Source: Mustelus asterias
Taxonomy: Eukaryota
Reading direction: 5' to 3'
Assembly: GCF_964213995.1 (NCBI RefSeq)
Contig: NC_135804.1
Span: forward strand, 69,564,001 to 69,628,000
Length of the DNA stretch: 64,000 nucleotides
The notes under the pieces were generated by a model, which saw only the letters and a list, made by a program, of their open reading frames with translations, was not told the DNA's origin and did no database searches. Numbering within the stretch: the stretch's first letter is position 1; each line of letters starts with the position of its first letter. The translations under genes and the position numbers were made by a program. Shown piece after piece: positions 36,977-49,439 of this stretch.

Positions 36977-38005
36977 CTTTTTTCTCATTACAGATGCTGT
37001 GAGACCTGCTGAGATTTTCCAGCATTTTCTCTTTTGGTTTCAGATTCCAGCATCCTCAGTAATGTGCTTTTATCCAGTGTTGAACTCACTGCTTCTTCTC
37101 TTCCAGGAATGCCTACCCTGAAGAAGTACTGCTCTTCTTTCCGACAGGGTTTTGGCATGTCTCTACACAACACCAACGCCGCCCCCCCCACCCCACCCCG
37201 GCCCGCCACCCCCACCACCACCCTATCCACCTTCATTGCTTTCCATTTATCTCTCAATGTTGGAAAACGTATTTACCAAGACTCGCTTCCACAGCATTTC
37301 CTTCTTCAGTGACTGTCTTCGCCTCTGACTTACCCCACGTGGATTTCAACACAAATTCCACCCCACACGTAACATCCAGGATTACAGATATCTACAGGAT
37401 ATCCATCATTCTTCGAACTGCTGTTTTCGCTGCATCCTGAAAGCTACACTCAGTGCCATGCGTCACCACATGAAGACACTCGACATCTCTCTTCAGCAGC
37501 ATTATCTTACTCTCTCTCAAAACTGTCCCTGTCCCCCGTTTCATTTCATCCTCGCCATCATTTGACGTCTTAACAAAAAACTTTTCCAGTTTCTTGCAGA
37601 TGTTAAGGAACACAAGCGTCAACAACTCATCAACACCACTGCACATCCTAGGCCCTCCACCAGACCCAGTTCCTCAAACCCCATCTCCTCTAGCCCCAGC
37701 CCTTGCCGTGTGTTCACCAGACCCTCCAACATTCCCCTCTCCGAGTATGAGAGTGCTGTTCACAGCAAAGGACTCAGCTTACATTCTTACGTCCCCACCT
37801 CAATGAATTCCGGCCTCGACATGATGTTGATCTCTTCTTTTGTCACCTTCGTCTCCATGCCCACATTTTTGGGCAAGAGTCCTCCCCCTGTTCCTTTCAC
37901 GTGCCTTCAACATTCGGCCTCGAACTGGACACCCATGCCAGGACAATTACCTGCCCTCAATCTTTTCATTGGGAATTGTCGATGGGACATTGGCCATCAT
38001 AATCT

Positions 38006-38350
38006 TAGAATCTTAGAATCCCTACAGCACAGAAAGAGGCCATTCGGCCCATCGAGTCTGCACCGACCACAATCCCACCCAGGCCCTACCCCCATATCCC
38101 TACATATTTACCCACTAATCCCTCTAACCTTCTAACCTCCCAGGACACTAAGGACAATTTTAGCTTGGCCAATCAACCTAACCCGCACATCTATGGACTG
38201 TGGAAGGAAACCGGAGCACCCGGAAGAAACCCACGCAGACACGAGGAGAATGTGCAAACTCCACACAGACAGTGACCCAAGCCGGGAATCGAACCCAGGT
38301 CCCTGGAGCTGTGAAGCAGCAGTGCTAACCATTGTGCTACCGTGCCGCCC
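38006..38350 (-). mobile_element. V-SINE (HE1-like) inside Penelope
   Basis: full-length copy; ATAATCTT flanking repeat. Confidence 0.9.
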
Positions 38351-39311
38351 AATAATCTTTCTGCCCTGCTCACCCATTCCAACCTCTCTCCTTCGAACGT
38401 TCTGCTCTTTGCTCCCTTAGGTCCAACTCCGACTTTGTCATCAAACCTGCCAACAAAGAGAGTGCTGTTGTCGTCTGGCGCACTGACCTCTACCTTGCAC
38501 AGGCTGAGCGCCAACTCACAGATGCTTCCACCTACCTCCCCCGGACCATGACCACACTATTGAACAAGCCATTATCTCCAGCACCGTTACTGACCCCATT
38601 TCCTCCAGTGACTTCCCCCACAGCTTCCAATCTCATAATCTCCCAATTCCAGGCAGCCCAGAGAGCTCTTTGCTTCTTTCTTGAAAAGAGGCCTGAACAA
38701 TCCGCATCCAGCACCACTCTCCTGTGCCTGGCTGAAATCGTTCTCTCTCTCAATAACTTCTCCTTTAACTCATCCCACTTTCTCCAAATCAAAAGTGTAG
38801 CAATGGGTACCCACATGGGTCCGAGCTGCACATATCTTTTTATGGGGTCTGTGGAACATTCCTTGTTCCAAGACTACCCGGATCCCATCCCACAACTCAT
38901 TTACCGGTAAATCGATGACTGCTTTGGTGCCATTTCGTGCTCTCATTCGGACCTGGAAAAATCCATCATCTTCGCTTCCAGTCCGCCACCTCCACGCCCC
39001 CCCCCCCCCCCCCCCCCGCCCCATCACCTTCACATGCTGCATCTCAGACACTTCACTTCATTCCTTGACCTTTCTATCCCCATTTCCAGTGATAGACGAT
39101 CGGTCAATATCCATTACAAGCCCACTGACTCCCACAACTATCTGGACTGCAGCATTTCACATCCTACATCCTGTAAGGACTCGATCCATTGCGCTCAGCT
39201 CCACCGCATCTGTCGCATTTGTTCCAATGATGCCACTTTCCAAAGTGGTGCTTCTAATATGTGTTCCTTCTTCCTCAACTGTGGCATCCCATGTACAGTT
39301 GTCGATAGAGC

Positions 39312-42300
39312 TGTGGTGAACCATCGTTGGTTCCCACTGGATAGTACTGAGCCAGGGCTGGCCAGTACTACAGGAATGTATGTAGGTTACTGTGGGATTG
39401 TACTAATGTTGCTGTTGGGTTAGGGTGGGATTGTTACACCTGTGTTTGTTACGTTTGTGGCACATCCCAGTCGGGCTCCGCCTCCTGGGAGAGGTATAAG
39501 ACTCCCTGCTCGGACGGGACCCCTTCAGTCTGGGATAGTGTGTTAAAGGTCTGATAGCTCCATTGTTAGTTAATAAAAGCCTTCTTTTACTGAAGCTTCG
39601 AGCCTCGTGTCCAATTGATGCACATCAATTTTATTAACTAAAATTAAACTCTCGATGGAAGAAAAAAAGAAAGGAGAGTATGGAGCAAATCCTCAAGCCA
39701 GAACGTCTGATGCTATATCCACGTGCAGTGGGCGCTTCTAACACCTTCGACCACTGGCTGAAGTGTTTTGAAGATTACCTAGCAGCCTCCGCAGTGGTCA
39801 CCACAGATGATGACAGACTCCGGGTCCTCCATGCAAGGGTAAGCGACACAGTCTACCACACGATCTGTGCGGCCACCACTTACCCTAGGGCCCTCGAGCT
39901 TCTAAAGAAGCGCGATACGAAACCTACTAACGAGATCCACGCTCGTTACCTCCTCACTACACGACGTCGACCGTCGGGCGAAACCATGGAGGACTACGCC
40001 AATGAGCTCTTACAGCTAGCCAGGGGCTGTGACTGCAAAGCTGTGTCGGCTGAGCAGAGCATGTACGACCTCGCCCGGGATGCGTTTGTGGCCGGGGTCG
40101 GGTCTTCATACATCTGTCTCAAGCTGCTAGAAAAGGGTAATCTCAACCTTACCCAGGCCATGGAATTAGCTGAAATGCTCGAGTCGGCTTCGAAGAGCTT
40201 AGTCCTGTATCCAGAGGACCACGTGGAGACAACGTGGCTGGAGTAGTCGCAAATCCCTCCTCGCCCCTCGGGCTTGAAGTGCGGTGTTATGGCGTGCTCC
40301 CATGTGGGCCAGACGACGGCTGCAGCCCCATGCGGCCCGCGGTGCTGTTTCTGCGGAGGAGCAAAACATACCCGACAAAAGTGTCCCGCTAAAGCGGTAA
40401 TCTGTACCGCATGCGGTAAAAAGGGGCATTATGCAAAGGTGTGCAGATCGAAGCCCAGGAACGGCAGTGCAGCCTGCGACCCTTCGGAACTGGGATCGTC
40501 ATCATCGTCGTCGAAGTCCTCACGGGGTTCGTCCACGTGCGAGTCCAGGACGACGCCATTGCGGTCGACGGAGTCGGAGGAGGATGACCACCAGGGGTCG
40601 CTAAGTTTGGCGCCCTCACCCATGTGCGATTCATGGGGGCGGCCATTTTGGTCGACGATGACCACGACCGACTAGCAGGGGTCCTCAGCGTCGACCTCAG
40701 CTGCCTGCAGTGACGTTCATGGACCAACGGTGGCGTCGATCATCCTGGACCAGGCTAAGCCTCACAGGCTTGATCGTTCGATGATGGATATCCAGGTAAA
40801 CAATCATGTGCTTTATTGTCTGTTTGACAGCGGGAGCACTGAGAGCTTTATCCACCCTGACACTGTGAAGAGGTGTGGACTCCAGATTCAACCTGCCAAA
40901 CAGACAATCTCTATGGCATCAAGGTCCCGGTCTGTCGCTGTGCTAGGACGTTGTGTGGTAACCTTGAAAGTACAAGGCACAATTTACGAGCGTTTCAGGC
41001 TCCTTGTGTTGCGGTATCTTGCGCACCAATTCTCCTCGGACTAAACTTTATGGTCCACATGAAGAGTGTGATCCTACAGTACGGTGGGCCACTCCCTTCG
41101 CTGGCAGTGGGAGAACAGCTGCAGTCTCCAAATTGCCCAACGCGCCCCGCCTGCAATCTTTCTATGTTAAAGATCACCACACCCTCTTTATTTCAGAATC
41201 TGGTACCAGACTGCAAGCCCATCGCTACTAAAAGTAGGCGTTACAGCACTGAGGATCGGATCTTCATCAGATCTGAGGTTCAGCGACTCCTCAAAGAAGG
41301 GATCATACAGCCCAGTGTTAGTCCGTGGAGAGCACAGGTTGTGGTGGTCAAGAGCGGGATCAAACCCCGGATGGTCATTGATTACAGTCAGACCATTAAC
41401 CGATATACGCAGCTGGATGCGTATCCTCTCCCGTGCATATCTGATATGGTCAATCAGATTGCGCAGTACCGGGTGTTCTCCACCATAGACCTCAAGTCCA
41501 CCTACCACCAACTCCCCAATCGCCCAGTGGACCGACAATACACGGCCTTTGAGGCGGATGGTCGTTCGTATCATTTTCTCAGGGTTCCATTTGGTGTCAC
41601 CAATGGGGTCTCGGTCTTCCAGCGTGCTATGGACCGAATGGTGGACCAGAACAGGCTGCGGGCTACCTTCCCGTACCTGGATAATGTCACCATCTGCGGC
41701 CATGATCAGCAGGACCATGACACAAATCTCCAGAACTTCTTACGCACTGCATCTCGCCTGAACTTGACCTACAACAGGGAGAAGTGTGTATTCTGTACGC
41801 GCAGGATAGCCATCCTGGGATACGTGGTGGAAAACGGGGTCATTGGCCTTGATCCAGACCATATGCGCCCCCTTGCAGAACTTCCCTTGCCCGCTCGCGC
41901 AAAAGCACTGAGAAGATGCCTAGGCTTCTTCTCCTATTATGCGCAGTGGGTCCCCAACTATGCGGACAAAGCCCGTCCACTTATTAAGTCCACGGCTTTT
42001 CCACTCACGCCAGAGGCCCAATTGGCCTTCAAGGAATTGAAACACGACATCGCGAAAGCCACGATGCACGCGGTAGACGAATCCATCCCTTTTCAGGTGG
42101 AAAGCGATGCATCTGATTTCGCCCTGGCTGCCACACTTAACCAGGCGGGCAGGCCCGTCGCGTTTTTTCCCGCACCCTCCAAGGCCCCGAAATTCGGCAT
42201 TCAGCAGTGGAAAAGGAGGCCCAGGCCATTGTGGAGGCCGTCAGACACTGGCGCCATTACCTGGCGGGAAAGCGGTTCACCCTGATCACGGACCAGCGGT

Positions 42301-44051
42301 CCGTGGCGTTCATGTTCAACAACTCGCAGTGGGGCAAGATCAAGAATGACAAGATCTTGCGGTGGAGAATTGAACTCTCCACCTATTACTACGATATCAT
42401 GTATCGTCCAGGGAAACTCAATGAGCCCTCGGATGCCCTCTCACGCGGAACATGCGCTAGTATTCAAGAGGATCGCTTGAACGCCCTCCATAATGATCTG
42501 TGCCATCCTGGGGTCACTCGGCTCTACCACTTTGTCAAAGCCCGCAACCTGCCTTACTCGGTGGAGGACGTCAGGTCGGTAACAAGGAGCTGTTGGATTT
42601 GCGCGGAATGCAAACTGCACTTTTACCGACCTGACCAGGCACATTTGGTCAAGGCCACTCGCCCCTTCGAGAGGCTGAGTGATGATTTTAAGGGCCCCCT
42701 TCCCTCAACAGATCGGAACGTGTACTTTCTGAACATAATAGATGAGTACTCCCGGTTCCCGTTTGTTGTCCCCTGCTCGGACACATCGGCTGCCACAGTG
42801 ATCAAGGCATTCCGTGATCTTTTTACCCTGTTCGGGTACCCCAGCTATATCCATAGTGACAGGGGCTCGTCGTTCATGAGCGATGACTTGAGGCAATTCC
42901 TGCTCTCATACGGGATTGCCTCTCGTAGGACCACGAGTTACAACCCTAGGGGTAATGGACAGGTGGAACAAGAGAATGCTACAGTCTGGAAGGCTGTCCT
43001 ATTGGCGTTGAGATCCAAAGGTCTTCCAGTCTCCCGTTGGCAGGAGGTCCTCCCTGATGCGCTTCACTCTATTCGCTCCCTCCTGTGTACGGCAACCAAT
43101 GCTACTCCCCACGAGAGGATGTTCTCATTCCCTCGGAAGACTTCCTCGGGGATATCTTTACCAGCCTGGTTGACGTACCCAGGACCCGTCCTCCTGCGGC
43201 GACATGTAAGGGCCCGCAAGTCCGACCCCTTGGTCGAACAGGTCCACCTCCTCCACGCCAACCCTCAGTATGCCTATGTGGCATATTCTGACGGGCGAGA
43301 GGATACAGTCTCGATCCGAGACCTGGCGCCCGCAGGAGACGTAGCAACTCCTGTCGCTCCCATACCCCCAGTGACGAATCCATTATCCCTTATTTCTTCC
43401 CCGGACGTAGCGCGGGCAGCATCGGGACCATTGCTTAACAGTTCTCCTCCAATGCGCAGCTTGCCTGAGCCCCGAAGATGGTCGCCACCGTAGGATGTGT
43501 CATGATCCCCTGCACTACCGTCTCATCAGGGTCAACCGGTCTGTGAGTCCGTGGGAGAACAGCTGGACGCCGTTTTGGGGAGAACGCCACCGCAAGTGCC
43601 TACTCCGGTGTCACCGCTGGTATTGAGGAGGTCACAACGACGGTGCGGTCCTCCAGACCGTCTGAACTTATAATCTGCTGACATTTTAGTCTGTTTTCGT
43701 ACCCCGCCGGCCTTTGTTCTCAAAGGAGGGGTGAATGTGGTGAACCATCGTTGGTTCCCACTGGATAGTACTGAGCCAGGGCTGGCCAGTACTACAGGAA
43801 TGCATATAGGTTACTGTGGGATTGTACTAATGTTGCTGTTGGGTTAGGGTGGGATTGTTACACCTGTGTTTGTTACGTTTGTGGCACATCCCAGTCGGGC
43901 TCCGCCTCCTGGGAGAGGTATAAGACTCCCTGCTCGGACGGGACCCCTTCAGTCTGGGATAGTGTGTTAAAGTTCTGAAAGCTCCATTGTTAGTTAATAA
44001 AAGCCTTCTTTTACTGAAGCTTCGAGCCTCTTGTCCAATTGATGCGCATCA
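39312..44051 (+). mobile_element. full-length Ty3/Gypsy LTR retrotransposon (4,740 bp), inactivated
   Basis: 316-bp LTRs 39312-39627 / 43736-44051 (~6 differences), 5-bp TSD AGAGC, PPT AAAGGAGGGGTGAA 43722-35; PR-RT-RH-IN order. Confidence 0.95.
39680..43672 (+). pseudogene. Gypsy gag-pol, with in-frame stops (40244, 40673, 43491) and frameshifts (~41010, ~42165)
   Basis: two CCHC knuckles, PR LFDSGS, RT YLDN 41674-85, RH SDAS, IN H..CH..CWIC / DFKG / SDRG. Confidence 0.92.
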
Positions 44052-44548
44052 AGAGCGTGCAGTCCATTTCCCGCACCACGACCTTCACCCTCTCCCCTCC
44101 CTCTTAGAACAAGGATGCAGTCCCCCTTGTTCTCATAATTCACCCCACCAGCCTTCGCATGCAAAGCATAATCCTCTGCCATTTTCGCCAACTCCAGCGT
44201 GATGCCACCACCCAACACATCTTCCCTCCATTCCCTCTGTCAGCATTCTGCAGAGACCATTCCCTCTGAGTAACCTGGTCCACTCCTCCACTGTACCCAA
44301 CACATCTCCAATCACCATGGCACCTTCCCATGCAATCGCAGAAGGTGAAACACCTGCCCCTTTAATTCTTCCGTGCTCACAATCCAACGTTCAAAACATT
44401 CATCCCAGGTTAAGCAGCGTTTAACTTGCACATCTTTCAATTTTGTCCATTGCATTCACTGCTCCCAATGTGTTCTCCTCTATATCAGAGAGACCAAACG
44501 TAGGCTGGGTGATCACTTTGCTGAGCACCTTCGGTCTGTGCGCAGTCA

Positions 44549-44861
44549 TAGAAAATCATAGAAACCCTACAGTGCAGAAGGAGGCCATTCGGCCCATCGA
44601 GTCTGCACCGACCACAATCCCACCCAGGCCCTACCCCCACATATTTACCCACTAATCTACACATCCCAGGATTCTAAGGGGCAATTTTTAACCTGGCCAA
44701 TCAACCTAACCTGCACATCTTTGGATGTGGGAGGAAACCGGAGCACCCGGAGGAAACCCACGCAGACACGAGGAGAATGTGCAAACTCCACACAGACAGT
44801 GACCCGAGCCGGGAATCGAACCCGGGACCCTGGAGCTGTGAAGCAGCAGTGCTAACCACTG
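44549..44861 (-). mobile_element. V-SINE (HE1-like) in the 3' pLTR of Penelope
   Basis: SINE body and tail; GTCA flanking repeat. Confidence 0.9.
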
Positions 44862-47209
44862 TCAGGACCCTGACCTTCCCGTTGCTAGCCATTTTATCAC
44901 ATGATTCTGCTCCCATGCACACACGTCTATCCTTGGCCTACTGCAATGTTCCAGTGAAGCTCAACGCAAACTGGAGGAACAGCTTCGCATCTTCTGGCTA
45001 GGCACATTACAACCTTCCGGTCTCAACATCGAATTCAACAATATAAGAGATTAGCTCTACCCCACCTCGACCCCTCTCTTTTCATTTCATTTTATTTTTA
45101 ATTGTTCTCTACCTTTTACTTCTCTATTTTTCTAGCACCCCGCCCTCTTTCTCGATGTTTTATCCCCCTTTCCTTACTTTTTCTCCCTTTTGCATCCCCT
45201 TTCACCCCTTTTCTTTAATTTTACCTCTCTCCCACCCATTCCACCACCGCCACCCCCCCGCCCCCTAACCCCCCCCCCTCCCCCATTACATCGTCATCTG
45301 TCACAGCTTGCCTTCTGATTTCAGCTTCTTTGCCGTTCGGCCATTCACACCTTTTACCTTTTATTCTCCGAATGGAATACCATTAGCAACCCTTTCCCAT
45401 TGTTTTTATGGCGATGACGCATCTTTCATTCCCTTACCCTGCAGTATAAATATCTCCCATTTCTATGCTTTTTAGCTTTGACAAAGTGTCAGCTCTGTTC
45501 CCCCCTTACAGATGCTGCCAGACCTGCTGCGATTTTCCAGCATTTTCACTTTTGGTTTCAGATTGCAGCATTCGCAATAATTTGCTTTTATAACAAAGTG
45601 GATGTCGATGTCTGGAATGAATTTCAGCATTTGGATTTTGCAATACATTTAATGCAGTTTTTAACCCTATTTTAAGCGTCTGCCTGATAAAACATTGATT
45701 CTTGTTTAACTCAGCTGGTTCAAATGCTTCAGGAAAGTATATCATCGCATTATTTCCCTTGATACTTAACTGAAGCTCTTTTTGAAATTTGATGTGGCCA
45801 TGGAAGAGTCATGCTACGTGTAAACTCCAAACACTCCCCGTCTCCTATTTCTCTCCCCGCCTCCTTCCTTGCCCCATCCTTCTCCCTCTCCTTTCCTCTC
45901 CCCTCCTTTCCCCCTCCCTCCTACCCCTCTTTCTCTCCCCCCCCCCCACCCCATCTCATACCCATTCCTCACCTCCTTGTTTAGCGACAACATAATTGTT
46001 GCGCTAATGTATAGATATTTTATTGATTGTTGTTGGAGATATATGTTCTGTAAGAAACTTGAAAAGACGAGGCAATAGAGCATGTCAGGGCAGCTGCTGA
46101 AGTAAAATGTTTAGTTAAATGTTAACATGGTATCAAAGTTTTCTACTAATAATATTTTTGTTAATCAATATTTTCCATTAAACTACAAAATTCTGCTGAT
46201 GCTTTATTGAAACAGAACAAATATTTACATATGAAATTATATAAATACTTTACTTAAACATACAGAACAGTTCAATGTAAGAATTATAAATAAAGTAAGA
46301 AAGGCAGAAGAATACTAATGATAAACGCATCTAGATTTTCCATGGCCCAAAACGTGAACGCTCCTCTGATCGGTCTCATCCATGCATCCAAATCGTGAAC
46401 AACAAAGAACAAAGAAAGTTACAGCACAAGAAAAGGCCCTTCTGCCCTCCAAGCCTGCACCGACCATGCGGCCCGGCTGAACGAAAACCCCCTACCCTTC
46501 CGAGGACCGTATCCCTGCTGATTCAAGAAATTCTGACCATATTCTAAATCAAAACACACAAGCTCTGACAAACATGCCACACATATTAAAACATTACGTA
46601 ATCATACTTCTTATTATATTACGTGATAATTTGGGGCGGCACTGTGGCACACTGCTGCCTCATTGTACAAATGACACGCGCTCAATTCCGGCCTTGAGTG
46701 TCTCGGTGCACTTCCTCAGCCATTTATGGAGGATGTATGTCACCTCATGTATAATACACAACGGGCAATGGATGCTGAGCTTGCCTGTGTGTCTTTGGGA
46801 AGAAGATCATGTGACTATTTCAGACTATCTTTTGTAGTAGATAACAGTTGATGTTACTTGTGGTACATCTCAGTCTACCGCCAAGTTTAGAAATTTGTCA
46901 TAAGATCAGGCAGAATCAATACAGCATTATTAAATGGTGCTTCCAAAGCTTTCACAGACCTTGAGATCATTTTTTACTCGTCAAGACGCCTTAGTTAAAT
47001 TTCATATATACACATTGCACCTTTTATAAGCAGCTCTGTAATGATGCTGAATGCAAGTTAAGAGCAAGTATTGGCGAGATAATTGACAATGCAGTCCAGG
47101 TTATCAAAATCAGAACGATAAACTTCCAGCCACCATGTACTGCTCTGCTTCAGTAACGTGTTAGACCGTGTCAATAAAAGGCAATTTATCAGACTATACT
47201 AACCTCCCT

Positions 47210-48230
47210 ATAAAACACGGTGAAATCCGGTGTTTGGCAGTTTTTCCATAATTTGAAACGGTGGAAAGCAAACTGCAGACTTACGTATTTCCTCCAAAAT
47301 AGTGATTCCCAAGATAGGCAGGGAAGTTGTCAATAGGAGGCAGAAAATCTACAAAGGGATACAAACAGTTAAGTGAGCGAACAAAAAATTGTCAGATGGA
47401 GTATAAAGTGGATAACTGTAAACAGTGATCACTTTAGCAGGAAGAAGAGAAAAGCAGTATGCTGTTGAAATAGAGAAAAATAGCAGTAAAGAGGGATTTG
47501 TGCGCCCTGGTACATGTATCATACAAATATGGTGTGAAGATACAGAAATTGATTAAGAAGTCTAATGGAATTTTAACGTTTAATGTTTAAGAGGCAAGGA
47601 ATATAAAAGCAGTTTAGTTTAACTGTGACTTTATAGGACCTTGGTGAGACCGCATCTGGAGACTTGGGCATCTGGATAATAGGGTCAATAACCGCATGCA
47701 GATTTGGTATATTTTTTAAGTGTAATTACTTTAGAAGAGCCTCATTTACGTTTTACTGAACTCATTCCTGGGAAGAATGGATTGTGTTAAGAACAAACGT
47801 TGAACAGGTTCGGCCTATACCCATTAGAGATTGAAAGAATGGTCGGCGAAATTACTGAAACGGATAAGACCATGGCTGGGCTTGATAGGATACATATCCG
47901 GTCGATATTTCGTCTCGTGGGGGAGACTGAAACAAGAGGGCATAGTTTATAAATAATAGGTCTCCCTTTTAAGACAGGGATGAGAGGACAATTTTTTTTC
48001 CAACGAGTCATTAGTATATCCATCTCTGTTCCCGAGAAAGTAATGGACGCTGGGTCTTTCAATTTATTTAAGACAGAATCAGATATTTATCAGGCAAGAA
48101 AATTATGAATTATGGAGGACCGACTGGAAAGTGATTTTGAGGTCAAAACCAGACTAGCCAAGACGTTGTTAAATATGACAGCAGGATCGACGAATCGAAG
48201 AGTTTACTCCTGTTCCTAAATTCCTATGGT
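47210..48230 (+). mobile_element. old CR1 3' fragment
   Basis: degenerate LVRPHLE / FQRV region and 3' tail. Confidence 0.75.
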
Positions 48231-49439
48231 CGTGCATTTATGCCTTCGGCCAGCCGCATGTAAACATACTCTTTGGAAAAACAAGCGAGATAGCCCAACT
48301 CACCCATTAGTCCCTAATATACCTATAATTTTGTTTCATTTAAGATTTGATCTAATGCTCTTTTGAGTCATCCTCTCAGGCAATGCTTTATTCCATTCAT
48401 AAAAAAGGTTTTCCCCACATTCTCTCTTTTCTTCCTCTCTCCTCTTTGAAAATTGTCATCAATCGATGTGCTCTGATTATAAACCACTCTGGCACTTGCA
48501 ATTTCCCCTTGCTCACTCTATTTGCAGTTCATAATTTCAAACACCCCTATAAATTATTTGCTTCGTCATCTCATCTTTAAGAAGCACAGTTTCTCTTTTT
48601 GTCGATTTATTCAAAATACATTGAATGTGAAAAACATTCATATGGTTAAAAAAAGTCACACAGAATCATGGAGCAGAGCGGGAGTCCATTTGGGCCATGG
48701 CATTTATGGTGGATCTTTAAAAAAAACAAATTCGTTTCACCCTTCTGCTCTTTTCCCACAATTCTTCAGATATTTTTAGTATTATTATACTATTAAACTA
48801 GTTAATAGTATTATTAGTAGTATTTACTGTATAATCGCGCAAGGAAAAGGTTACAAAATGTGGGGGATGTGAGAAAGAGTGGAAAGATTAGTGCATGACA
48901 TTCGTGAACGTAATAATGAATCCAGAAGAATGTACAGTGCCTAATTCAAAGGTGAGATTCTGTTCTTTGACCTTGAGAAGCCCTTCACTGAGGGCACAGA
49001 TATCGAAGTGAGAGAAATCTAAAGAGAGATATACTATTAAATATACGCAGAATTGTGGGTAAAGAGCAGAGGCGTGAAACGAATTTGTTTTTTTAAAAAG
49101 ATTCGCCATAAATGCATGGCCCAAATGGTCTCCAGCTCTGCTCCATGATTCTATGTGACTTTTTAAAATAATACGATTAAATATACTCACAGGACGCTTC
49201 CGAATAGTACATACAAATGATAATAACTCGGAGGGTGTGCTGTACATCTCAATATTTCTCCTGATACTTTTGGCAATTATTTTACTTCTAGATTCTTTGG
49301 TTGATCATGCTACCTTCGAGGGAAATAACTTTATTCAAAAACAATATATTTTACAAATCCCACGCAAAAATGATGGGTATTCGCAGCAAGTGGAGGGATA
49401 TCCTTTCAGTTGGTACCTTTCATCTGATGTGGGGGAAGT

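Larger units (their letters stand above)
25249..45591 (+). mobile_element. Penelope-like element (~4.2 kb of own sequence) hosting the ERV, Gypsy and two SINEs
   Basis: 11-bp TSD AACAAAGTGGA (25238-48, 45592-602); inverted pLTR 25249-25611; direct pLTR 25612-26083+36850-~37080 and ~44520-45591; RT remnants QIKSVAMGTHMGP, YKPTDSHNYL; GIY-YIG remnant CIHCSQC..YIRETKRRL..FAEHL. Confidence 0.9.

Noticed and set aside
47020-47140. Minus-strand signal-peptide-like stretch (WKFIVLILITWTALSIISPILA)
   Set aside because: No in-frame ATG, no convincing donor or partner exon
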